Assembly (NCBI RefSeq): GCF_006345805.1
Contig: NW_021835999.1
Coordinates: 124,001 to 188,000 of the forward strand
DNA from: Octopus sinensis
Lineage: Eukaryota
Length of the DNA stretch: 64,000 nt
Direction of reading: 5' to 3'
Below, in pieces: positions 1-10,995 of the stretch (positions are counted from its first letter, which is position 1; every line of letters starts with the position of its first letter). Under the pieces are notes generated by a model. The model did no database searches and was not told the origin of the DNA. It was given only the letters and a program-made list of their open reading frames with translations. Position numbers and translations under genes: made by a program.

Positions 1-410
1 CAACTTATTGGCGTACAGTCACACTTATTGTATAGTCTACTCTGTGAGATCCTGGATGGCCAGGAAATTCCAGATATGTTTTTTAGATGATTCATGTAAA
101 ACGAGTCGAGCCTCCCCAATTCCTCATTTGTTGTTCTCCATGTCCCAGAGTTGTATAAGAGGATTGGTTTGATAAATGTGTTGTATAGCATTATTCTTTG
201 TTTTTTGTTATTCCCTTTCCGTTATGGCCATAGGTTTTTCAGCCTGTTTAATGCCGCGTTTGGCAACATTTTTCCTCATATGATATCCCCACTGTCTCCT
301 AATAGAGAGCCGAGTTTATTAGTGTTTCTCTATTTCTCTTCGACTGGGTTATTCATTCATATTATTTCTGTCCATTCTGTTTTTTCCCTGTTCACGTAGA
401 GAAATTATTA
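1..410 (-). pseudogene. RTE-type non-LTR retrotransposon 3' RT fragment (copy A)
   Basis: Same sequence as 29311-29720, whose minus strand reads LYNTFIKPILLYNSGTW...WRLFGHILRLD, homologous to the C-terminus of the RTE ORF at 24431-27370. Confidence 0.8.
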
Positions 411-659
411 CCAAATATATCTGGTGAATTCTTTTGGTTGGGGTCATTCTGAGTGGGAAATCATGCCGATTTTAGAACACATAAGTTAATTATGTCTAGT
501 TTGAAATCTCATTGTTGATTAAACTTTATTTCGTTGTCTCTACAAAATAAAATCATTACATGTGTGATACATTAGTTTGATCTATTGATTAGCGTCGACT
601 TTATTTATTTTATTTATTTATTAGGACCAAAAACACTGTCATACTCATAATTAACTATT

Positions 660-2299
660 TCAGGTGATCCCAGTCTCTTTTAAAAACCTTCGCATCTTTT
701 CTCTGTATTCTACAGCGCATTGTCTAGGACAGGGGTGAAATTCCAATAATTTCAATAATTCAATTTGAAATTCCAATGGCGCATTCTCAATCGAAACAGT
801 ATGTGGTACTGCAGTTAATTGAAGTTTGAGTTCAATTTTTTTAGTTTCGTTAAATCGCTCTTCAAATTGTTTCAAAATATAATCGAATATAGTATTAAAT
901 GTATTTGGTGTAAGATCGTCATAATTAATTATTTTGTCATCAATGAGATTTTTGACTTTTTGAAAATGAAATAATTCATTTTTTTATGTGAATCTTCAGT
1001 AGGCGGCATTTATCCATAAAATCGTTAATTTTTTTATACATTCGGCAAATTGTTTGGTCTTCACCTTGCAAAGATATATTCAAATTATTGATATATGTGA
1101 GTACATCAACCGGAAATGCTAAGTCAATTAAGAATTTTTTTTTAATCCAAAAGACACTCTTTTTGCTTTGATGAGTAAAAGTTTGATATTTCTTTTCGTA
1201 AATCAAGCACACGACATGTTGTTTCACCTTGTGAAGCCATCGAACTTGTGCATGGTATAAAATGTCTTCAGCAGATATTTCGAAACTGTCTATGTCTCAA
1301 TGCATTGTTTCGGATATATATAATAATCTGTTTTACTTCATTAAGTGTATCTTCAAATTTTTTCATTTGTGAACAAAGTGCTTGTTGGTGAATAATACAA
1401 TGTACACCAATAACTGATTTATTGTTATACTCTTCTGAGACATATTCAGTTAGGCGTGCAACAAATCCTTGTTTTCTACCCAACATTGCTGGTGCGCCAT
1501 CTGTGCATATTCCTCTTAGACATGTCATGTCCAATTTGAATTCCAAACAACATTGTTTAACTATTTAAAATATATCTTGACCCCGTACATTTCCAGGTAG
1601 TGACTTCATGGATAGAAAATTCTCATGTATTTCAAAATCGAAGGATAGAGTACGAATAAATATGATCAGCTGAGCAGAATCACATATATCATTCGACTCA
1701 TCAATGGCAAGTGAAAATAATGTAGTTTGAGAATTTAATTTTTGTAGGAGTGATAGATTAAGATGCTCGGCAATATGAAACTGTCGGCGCTGAATTGTGT
1801 CACGTGAAAGTGGAATTGCTTCAAAGTTATGCTCCTTGTCGGGATCAATGCATTTAACTGATTCCATGATACATCTTTTCACAAGTTTGCAGTCTAAAAA
1901 AGGTTTTCCAGCAGATCCAAGGATATGAGCAACTCGAAAGGATGCTTCAACTCTTGCATTTGCCACATTTAAAAGTTTTTAAACATTTTTTTTGTTGTCT
2001 TAATTTGTATTTCAAATTTTCGACGGAATCTTTTCTTGAACACTTGGACTTGACAACTGGGTGGTCTAAATGTCTTTGAAAATGTTGTTTAGCATTGTCC
2101 CGTTTAATAGTTTTCACAATCTCATGGCACAATAAGCATTGCATGCTATTGTTGTCTGTTTCGACTACGAAGTATTCACTTTCCCAGTTGATATTAAATT
2201 TTTTTTTTCTTCATTAAAAGAACGTCGTCTTTTAACAGGTAATGACATAAATAAATTAAGCCGTTTATGATAATTCGCTAGAAAGTTTACAATCTCCAT
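660..2299 (-). pseudogene. hAT transposase remnant (GTF2IRD2/EPM2AIP1/SPIN-like), frameshifted and truncated, copy A
   Basis: Successive minus-strand ORFs: QCLLC..H BED-like finger, FSLAIDESNDICDSAQL, ICTDGAPAM, VHCIIHQQALC. Confidence 0.9.
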
Positions 2300-2840
2300 T
2301 TGAATATTGTCAATTTTTTTTGATATTTGTATATGCTAGATTGATTCCCATACTGTTAATCCGTTACCAATTGTCGGTTTAATGTATTGGGTGTATAGAG
2401 ATTCTAATCCGTAAGTTCCTTTGGCATCTTTAAGTTTCCAAGAAATGTTTTAAGAAAGTTTAGTTTCTTACTGCATTTTGTCAACACGTTTTCCGTATGG
2501 GGAGTAGAGGTTAGAAAGGTGTCAAAGGTGATCCCTTGTATTTTTAGAGTTTTATTTTGAGGAATTGATTTCCCTTTCATGGTCACATTTATCGACAAAT
2601 TCCCCAGTCTTTTGTTAGTTGTGAAAAAGATTAGCTCAGACTTTTCCGGGCTTGCTTTCAACAGATCGGCATTGAGACATATACACATGTTATTTATATT
2701 TTTCTGTAATCTTCTTGTAGCTTTGCTGACACATATTATATCATCCCTCGATGCAACGATTATATAATCCGCATATAATAGTAAAATGTCATTCTTTTTT
2801 TCAAGAAGAGGCATATCATTCAACATTAGGTTGAATAATA

Positions 2841-5170
2841 GGTATGCGGAAAGAAAGTCAAGCGGAAAAAACGTCAAGTGGAAAAAAAGTCAAGTCCGTA
2901 AGCGAAAAAAAGTCAAGTGGAAAAAAAGTCAAGTCGTCTTTGTTTACTTTATATTGTATCTTTTTCGCAATAATAGCAACTTTTAATTTTTAACAAATTT
3001 TTTCAATACTTGACTTTTTTTCCGCTTTACTTTTTTTCCATTTTTGAAATTTATTCCCTTATAAATTTTCGAAATTTAGCGCAAAACGGAAAAAAAGTCA
3101 AGTTCGTTAACGAAATTACGGACTGTAATTTCATTTAAATGTTCTGCCACAGCTAAGCAACACGTTGTGAAAATAAATTTTAAAAGCTTGGTTCAGAATA
3201 TCGGTTTTTTAAACTGATATCACTTGCAATTGTATGCGCAAACTTTTTTTCGTTCGCGTTAGCTTCTCGCCTGCCGAAATAGTTCGCTTCCTTTGTTTTA
3301 TCTATTCTGTTTCATTTCTTCCGGAAAATAAATCACATAAATTTTACAAAAATTCTTAGAGTAGTCCAGATTTTCTTTATTTTTAAAAATTTTTAAATAT
3401 TTAAAAAAGATTTTTATTAAACGTGATGAAAGGATTATTTAATTCGAATCAAAAGAATATTTAATATTCCATGCAATTGCTTGTAGGGTTTCTCCTATTG
3501 TCTTTTTTCTGTTTTGGCGATCCAGACATATATTTAGCAGCCTTTGTTGTCGATCGAGTGTACTCTTGTTTTTTCTTGTCGTAATTTTTCTTCCGATGGA
3601 ATCCTGGTCAATAATTGTTTTCGTCATTTTTTCTTCTTTTTGAAAAGAAGATATAATATTCCATATCGATGGATGACGATATCCCGTCAAATTGTATAAT
3701 TTATTGTTCCATCCTTCACAATAGTTGTTTGTTCTTTGATCATTATTGAGCGTGGCTTCATACACATTCCATAAAATTGGAGGGAACAATGGAGAAATGT
3801 GCTGTATTCTAACAGATAAAGGGTTTTCTTGTTTATTTAAGCAACGATAATAACCACGAACATATGTTCGATCAAAATAATCTACTATATATTTTGAATC
3901 TGGAACATCTTTTGGTATATTATCTATTAGGAATTCTATTCCTTCTTCCAGATCTTGAATGGGCAAAAACGCAAGAGCGTCTATCATAGCGCAAAAAATG
4001 TTGAAGTTAATATTTTCTTTATATTCTTTTACTAAATGCAATTCTTGAATTTTTCTCCAGGTTGACTGCCTTAGATGATAATAACATCCTCTAATATGTA
4101 TTCGTCTCCCAAATACTGCAAGGACAGCTCGAAATACCGAATCTTCAAAGTCTGCCATAATAGTTTCAAGACAAAATTCCAAATTCAAATTATGAATTGC
4201 ATTTTGAATAGTCTCAAAAAATTCTTCGTAAATCTTTCTTGATTTAGAAGGTAATATTCCATAAATAACTGTAATTGGACTGGAATTGAACTCAATTCTG
4301 ATAAAATATATTTGCTTGAATATGCATGGTGCCATAGAGAAATTTCCATCCATATACCATACTTTGGAATTTGCCAATAACGTTAAATTAGTATTGGTGC
4401 TGAATATTAAAAGTCTATCGTTTCTTCTTTGATTATCATAAATTAAAAAGTTTTCTGAATCCGGACCAAGAGTTGAAGTTAAAAATGATGGAATATCTTC
4501 TAGATCTAGAATATTTTTTGGAATATGTAGAGACAAGCGTTGATTTCTTATTGTTCGCTTGAAAGAATCTGCAGAAGGGAGAATAATTCTGGATGATGTA
4601 TCACATTGAGAAACAACATTTGAATAGATTTGTAAGGGATTCTCTTGGCTCTTTTTTTGCAAGAAGTTTTTGCCTTGTTGCACAACTTCGTCAGTTTTAT
4701 TTGAGTTTCGTCTAATTCGTGATTGTGAGAGGTTCCTTCTTTAGGAAACTCAAAGTTATGATCTGTTCTTAAGCTTCCTCTGCATCCTTGCGAAGACTTT
4801 TTAACACAATTAAAAATTATATAATTTTTTGAAGTTCTTAAATTGATTTAGGAAAAGCGATTATTTTAAGACGGAAAATAAGTCAAGTTCGTTAACGAAA
4901 TTACGGACTTGACTTTTTTTCCGTTTTGCGCTAAATTTCGAAAATTTATAAGGGAATAAATTTCAAAAATGGAAAAAAAGTAAAGCGGAAAAAAAGTCAA
5001 GTATTGAAAAAAATTGTTAAAAATTAAAAGTTGCTATTATTGCGAAAAAGATACAATATAAAGTAAACAAAGACGACTTGACTTTTTTTCCACTTGACTT
5101 TTTTTCCGCTTACGGACTTGACTTTTTTTCCACTTGACGTTTTTTCCGCTTGACTTTCTTTCCTACAATC
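2841..5170 (-). mobile_element. Mutator-like (MULE) DNA transposon with ~255-bp TIRs and an 8-bp TSD
   Basis: TSD GAATAATA at 2833-2840 and 5171-5178; empty site in copy B (~32141). TIRs ~2848-3102 and ~4907-5163 are built from AAAAAAAGTCAAGT repeats. Confidence 0.95.
3439..4830 (-). CDS. MULE transposase (FLYWCH/WRKY-like N-terminus in another frame, then DDE domain)
   Basis: Catalytic motifs YMDGNF, IMADFE, GCYYH, TNNYCEGWN. Upstream frame reads IFNCVKKSSQGCRGSL...SHNH; the frame changes near the A7 run at ~4650-4660. No upstream ATG found. Confidence 0.85.
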
Positions 5171-5525
5171 GAATAATAAAGGGGATAGGGGGAACCTTGT
5201 AGCACTCCATTCGGGGGATAGGGGGAAATCCTCAATTTATAAATGTACTAAGTCTCACAAATAACGATTTTAACTATTATAAAACCTTCTTATACCAAAA
5301 TTTAAAGTTTATCAATGACAATTTAAATTTTTTGGGGACTATTGGTTTGTATTTTTAAATCAGCTTTCATGGGAATTAATTTGAAAATGTTAGCAGGTAA
5401 AAGAGTGCGTGTTAAAAACATAGTTGGATTATTAAAAATATAATAAATATACTAGTTGTAGCCTTGATGTATTAAAGTTCTTTGAACTGCCGATTTAAGT
5501 AAAATAAATGCGGTTTTTCTTAGCC

Positions 5526-5533
5526 TATAAATA
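5526..5533 (+). promoter_or_regulatory. Candidate TATA box of the five-exon orphan gene
   Basis: TATAAATA begins 30 nt upstream of the ATG at 5556 and is conserved in copy B (32496-32503). Weak evidence in AT-rich DNA. Confidence 0.4.
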
Positions 5534-5555
5534 CCGATTTTACGAAAGATTATTA

Positions 5556-6123
5556 ATGTCGGCACAGAAGAATTGTGAATGCATGAGGATTCCATGTATT
5601 TGTGTAAAACAAGAATGCTCCCGTACTGAGTTTGAATTTATCTTGCCCAGGGGAAAAAACGACTGACAATGTATTGTCCTGTCAACAAAATGAAACACAA
5701 CCGATTAGATATAGTGATTTCAATAATCAAAGTTATTCGACTGGGTCGAATGATTTAAATAATTTCCAAAATTTGTATTCTCAGCAATCGAATCAGAATT
5801 TTCAACAACAGTCAAATCAAGCTTGGCAAAGAAAGCAAATTCGTTTATTATTTAAAATTATTTTGAGGTGTCATTGACTATTCAGACTTAACCGAAAAGG
5901 ATTTTAGCGAAGCATTCTTACCAAGTTTGGATTACAAAGTTGAAGAGAAACCAAATTCTCTTTGTAAGACCTTTTATAGTAAAAAATATAAAAAAGGTTA
6001 GTTTTTATCAGTTTTAAATTATATTTAGATAAGAAAGATGACCCGGGTAAATTTAATGATATTAATTAAACATATTTAGATGATCTTCCGACTTTCAGCC
6101 TTGATTGGCTTCTTGATGAATAA
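5556..6123 (+). CDS. Orphan protein, 149 aa, 5 exons (copy A): Cys-rich N-terminus, Q/N-rich middle, Lys-rich then acidic C-terminus ending DDLPTFSLDWLLDE
   Basis: GT-AG introns 5623-5650 (28 nt), 5843-5867 (25), 5997-6028 (32) and 6047-6079 (33), all phase 1. Splicing gives an open 450-nt frame from ATG to TAA. Confidence 0.8.
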
Positions 6124-6197
6124 TGGCTGTTTCTTCTTTGCTTTCTTTTCCTAATAAATGCTTTGACCTTTAATTAGTATTTACTTTGATGATTATA

Positions 6198-7012
6198 TGT
6201 CACCGTCCAGACCGGCCGGGGCGCCAGATCGGTCAGGTCAATTATCTAAATACAAAACAAATATTTTTCCTACAAAACATTTCATTGCAAAAAAATATTG
6301 ATAATAAAAAAATAAAATCTTATTAATAAAAAAGTTCTAAAAAGTTGAAAAGATTAGCATTAATCAATGGTTTTAGTTGAATTAACTCGAGACACTCTCG
6401 AAAAAATTAGGGAGTATTTGGAATCAGGCCACCTTGATGATTCCTTGAGTTCGGAAGAAAGGGCACGAATACGGAGATATGCCAAAAAATTTAGTTTCAA
6501 GGAGAACAACACCTACATTTCTAAAAATGGCTCAAAGTTGCGTTTTTTTTGTATCGAAGACACAGAACTTAAGAAACTACAAAACAAAGGCCTTTTGACC
6601 TCTTGTTCGGAACTGATTTGGAGAAACCAAATAAAAAACTAACAAATTCTGAGGTCGTGAAAAAAAGGAAAAAAGCCCTTGAAAATATTGTAAAATCGGG
6701 AGAAAAAATGAAAAGGCGGAGAAAATGGAAATATGATGAAGTTTAAAGTGGCGATGAAATTTTAATACGCCATGATGGGGATGCAAACCCGGGTTATAGA
6801 AAATACCCATTATACGACGAGATATCTGCACAAAAATATATTGTGAAAAATAGGGATCGAGAACTCGTAACGATAATTAATGAAGAGGATGAAAAAGATC
6901 AAAGGATACATATTAGCAGAGTAAAAACTTGTCGCCATACTTGTTGAATATATATTTGTGCACAAATTCTGGACTTCGGAACAAATGAAGGATTTTGTTA
7001 ATTGTTCAACTC
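6198..7012 (+). mobile_element. Ginger/gypsy-integrase-like element fragment, copy A only
   Basis: Begins with TGT exactly where A and B diverge. ORF 6367-6642 (RARIRRYAKKFSF) resembles the integrase N-terminal region seen at ~55600-55750. No catalytic core or second terminus found. Confidence 0.45.
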
Positions 7013-7499
7013 CAGAATCTATTGAAAATTCATGTAAATCGATTTAAAATCTACATCTAGATTATTCCCAGTCAGACAATTTGTTTCCAACTGCAAAGAG
7101 ATTCAATTTCAAAATCAACCCAATTGACAAAATTCAAGTTATTACAAAGCTATGAACAGGAGAAATATTTTATCGAATAATCGCGTTGAGATAGTTTTAA
7201 ATATTTTAATTTAACAGATAAAAAAATTTAAAAGGAAAATATCGACTGTACTAATGACTACACTAAAATTCTTTAGTCTTTTATTAATAAATATAAAATC
7301 CCTATAAAATCTTTTTTGTGGTTTTAATAAAATGAAATTAATTCAAGTTAATCCTAGTTCAAGGTTAATGTAACAAACTGCCCATAGGTATCGTATGGGC
7401 CATGTGAAATATTAAGTTTGAATACTTAATGCCTCGTATTTAACCTTCTCAGTCGCTTACCATTAATTTTCGATGCTACCGCAAGCAGCGTAAATCGAT

Positions 7500-8150
7500 T
7501 TAGCGCGATCGTTCTCAACCTGCTATCGACAGAACCGGTGACAGACGACAAAAAATTTAACGTTTCGAATGATGGCTATAAATTGATATTTACCGACATT
7601 GATGTTTACAGTAAATATGCAATCGATAAAACAGCTAAAAATAAATCTCCACCGTTTAAACTAAACGGATGAATAAAAAATGAACTTTCATCAATCAATT
7701 GAGTTTTAAGGACTTGCTTATAAGATGCGAATGTAGATTGATGGAATGGATTTTGTATTAGGGTTGTCATAAAAGGGACTCCTAAATACTTCCATGAGGG
7801 ATATGTTTCAATATTTCCTATTCCTGTTTTTAGTGTTGAAATAACATTTCCACGTGTTAAGTTCAGTTCCTGAGGAATAAGTGTCCGTATTGCTAATTAG
7901 CTTACTTGTGACATACATGTAACTGTATGTACTTAGCTGCATTGAAAGACAAAAATATTCGACCTAAGATAGGTTTAAAAAATAAAGAGGTTAAGAGTTT
8001 GTCAAGACATTATCTAATCCAAATGCAAAATCTTGACAGAAAGTGTAGAAGTTAGGTTTTTCCTTGCTGAATTTGATTTGCTTCCAAGCACACTGAGCTA
8101 TAAATTTACTGGGGTCCTTGAAGATGTCATATTTATGCAGGAGACATACT
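7500..8150 (-). pseudogene. Heavily decayed non-LTR RT fragment (also at ~39350-39990)
   Basis: Only LSFNAAK and WKYLGVPF motifs are recognisable among stop codons. Confidence 0.35.
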
Positions 8151-8367
8151 TTTTCAAACAGTAAAATTAATTGCTTTTAATACTTTTATGATAATTATGA
8201 ATTTAAGGATTTTTTATAACTAGAGAGATCCTGTTATTCTTGTATGTTCATTAGTTTGAGTTCTTTTATAAAATTCAGAAATTATTTAAAAATTAAATTA
8301 TGTTTTATTATGTATAATTCAATATGTTGATTTAAATAAAAAAATTTAAATATGATCGCACGTTAGT

Positions 8368-8668
8368 ATGGTCAGTGACGAGTTGAAAATCTCTCCTGGA
8401 TTCGTTTTCAGAGAACTAAGATCCCGTATAACCCAATAAAATGACCTTAGGTCTCCTTGGAACACCTCGACTCAGCCCTGGTGCAGCCGTCTACATGTCT
8501 GCTGTCCTGGAAGTCCTTTCGGAGTCAATAATTAAATCTGCAGGCAACTTTGCCATCGAAGCCAGCTCTGAATATATCACCCTCGATCACATCGTCGCCT
8601 CCATCAGAGCTGATCCTGACATGTTTCGATATTTCACCGAGAAAATTATTCCAAACTATTTTAAATGA
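8368..8668 (+). CDS. Short, tailless, divergent histone H2A (H2A.Z-like features), 91 aa, 2 exons (copy A)
   Basis: A 25-nt intron at 8426-8450 joins MVSDELKISPGFVFRELRS to RLLGTPRLSPGAAVYMSAVLEVLSESIIKSAGN...ITLDHIVASIRADPDM, which aligns to the H2A histone fold (AAVY..AVLE, AGN, H...IR.D). Confidence 0.88.
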
Positions 8669-9089
8669 CATTATTAATATTTTTTGTTATCCGGTTGGAT
8701 TAGCTGTAGGTCTGCCTCTATTCTTACATCTGAGAGGGTAGGCAGCCTTCCTAGTAAGGACTGATGAGTAAGTTTAGATGTAGTAGTTAAGGTGTACTAG
8801 TTTTTACAGATTTTGAGTTTAGTCATGTGTAAAATATTTTAATTGATTTGTTCAGCTCATTAAAAATGGCTATTTTTAGAAACACCTAAAATGTGCGTTT
8901 TAAAATGGGGCAAATTGCTTTATTAATTTTTGAGTAAAATTGATTTTTTGGGTGATAAACAAATCGAAATCGGTAAATTTCGTAAATATGATTTACTGGA
9001 AATGATTTTTCGATTGTAAAAAATTGACTTCAAATGTTAAAAAAATTACAAAAACGAAATATCAAAAAGTGTTAATTAAGTGAATTTAT

Positions 9090-9523
9090 CATAACTTATT
9101 TAACTGATGGCGATCCAGTTTCCCCTCACTATTGCTTGGGACACGTTCTGGAGGAGCCATCTCGTCTCCAGAGGATTGTGTGTTCTCAGGGTCTTGAGAC
9201 GTCCAATACACACGCCCAGACGGGATGACTATCTTTCCGTTTTTGGAAGGAAAGCCTCTCGTATGGGATTCAACATGTTCCGACTTCTTGTCCAAGACAA
9301 ATATGTTGGAAAGTGCCTGCAATGCTGGCACAGCTGCGGATAGAGCAGAGGACATCAAGAAGAAGAAATATGATGGGCTCACCGATCGCTACGTTTTCCG
9401 GCCGATTGCCGTCGAAACCCTGGGATCGATTGGGAAGGAGTCGTTGCGCTTCCTCATGTGTATTGGACGTCTCAAGACCCTGAGAACACACAATCCTCTG
9501 GAGACGAGATGGCTCCTCCAAAA
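9090..9523. mobile_element. CRE-clade retrotransposon 3' fragment with internal inversion (also 40925-41355)
   Basis: Plus strand RPDGMTIFPFLEGKPLVWDSTCSD...IAVET (restriction-like endonuclease, RLE). Minus strand AIVRGN terminus. 64-bp inverted repeat at 9149-9212 / 9457-9520. Confidence 0.85.
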
Positions 9524-9787
9524 CGAAATATTAGTCGGTAAACTCGCAATAAAATGAATTAAAAATGTTTTCTTTTACAAAAATACTTTTTGAAATTCTG
9601 GATAGTCATTTTATCACAAATTCAAACATTTAACATTGTTCTGTCTTAATCGAAAGTCTGTTTCTATTGCGAGGAGATTACTTGTTTGCTTCCCCAAACA
9701 TCCTTATGTTTGACGATGTTTCTGCCTCTTCCAGGGTTTAGCAGGGTGATTCCCTGGGCCCTGTGTTTTTTGCTTTGGGCGTTAATA

Positions 9788-10995
9788 CAGTACGACCCCG
9801 GTTTGGGGCAGACCCCATGGGTGGGGCACCCTCGGGTTTTGGGGCACCCCCGCTTTTAGGGGCAGTTTTTGAAAACAGTAAATTTTTCATTCTATTATTT
9901 ATTTTTGATGACCCCGGTTTGGGGCACTTATTTAATTTATTTAATTACAAAATGTTAGTTTATTTATTAATTATTAATTAATACTATTATTTCACGTGTT
10001 TATTTTGACTTTAGTATGGTTCGTAAAAAGAATTCAAAGATTAATTATGAAACAAAAATTAAAATCGCTAAAGATATAAAACATGGTCAATTTTCAGAAA
10101 GAGATCTTGCTAAAAAGTATAAAACGAGCAAAGGTATCTTTTTTAACTAATTATTAATTACAGGTACTATTTCTCGCATTAAACAAAATTTTGTTTATTA
10201 TTTTGACGCGGGATTAACTGAATCCGATAGAATCAAGGAATCACATGATCCAAATAATGAATTAGATAGATTAGTTTTTGAAACTTTTCTACGTCTGAGA
10301 GATGAATTTCTTCCAATTTCTGGAACTATCTTAAAACTGATTGCAAAAAAATTATCTAAAAAGATAAATTATGAATCATTTAAGGCATCAAATGGATGGC
10401 TAGACCGGTTCAAGAAAAGACACGAGTTGCTATTTAAAACTATAAGTGGAGAAAAGAATTCATCTGACCTTTCTACGGTTTCCAATTTTTTTGCTGATTA
10501 TGACAACTGTTTGGAAACTGTAGGAAGTGAAACTGTAGGAAGTGACAACTGTTTGGAAACTGTAGGAAGTGAAAATGAGGACAAAATTACTTATGATGGA
10601 TATGAATCTAAAAAATCATCAATTAAAGAAATCATAAACATCGTGAATTCTCTAGAAGATAATATTTTCAGTACATGTCCACAATTTTTGAAAATCTACT
10701 ACGAATTTAGAAAAACCTATCAGGAGAACTGAAAAAAAACCAATTCGGTGAGAAAATTACTGATTACTTTTAATAGTATTTTTTGTTGGATTTATTAAAA
10801 TTTTTAAATTTTATTAAGAAAGGACTATGTTAGAATTTTTATTAATATTAAATAATTTTAATTTATAGTCTAAAATGCAATAAAAATCTATTGAGGAGAA
10901 AATAAAAGCAAAAAATCTTTACCCTCGCATTTTGGGGCACCCCCGCTTTTTGGGGCACTATGATAAAAATGCTGCCCCAAACCGGGGTCGTACTG
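9788..10995 (+). mobile_element. pogo-family element, internally deleted, copy A only
   Basis: Perfect 23-bp TIR CAGTACGACCCCGGTTTGGGGCA, TA TSD, empty site in copy B (gcgttaatagtatcg). Confidence 0.95.
10016..10732 (+). CDS. pogo transposase DNA-binding half (HTH_psq + CENP-B HTH), no DDE domain, 2 exons
   Basis: A 30-nt intron at 10134-10163 removes an in-frame stop. FKASNGWLDRFKKRH motif present. The C-terminal KITDYF motif is one base out of frame at an A run. Confidence 0.8.

Larger units (their letters stand above)
2345..5240 (-). pseudogene. LINE RT fragment (Jockey/I-like) interrupted by the MULE
   Basis: With the MULE removed it reads NGVLQGSPLSPLLFNLMLNDMP...LLYAD...KSELIFF...GITFD...CSKKLNFLK. 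Uninterrupted in copy B (~31655-32210). Confidence 0.8.

Noticed and set aside
151-399. 82-aa hydrophobic ORF (also 29461-29709)
   Set aside because: It is antisense to the RTE remnant.
4645-4665. Programmed -1 frameshift in the MULE transposase at an A7 run
   Set aside because: The A-AAA-AAG heptamer is not in the upstream frame and no stimulatory structure is evident. Mutation or homopolymer error is simpler.
8441-8443. ATG used by the ORF track for the histone
   Set aside because: It lies inside the 25-nt intron. The upstream exon supplies helix alpha-1 of the histone fold.
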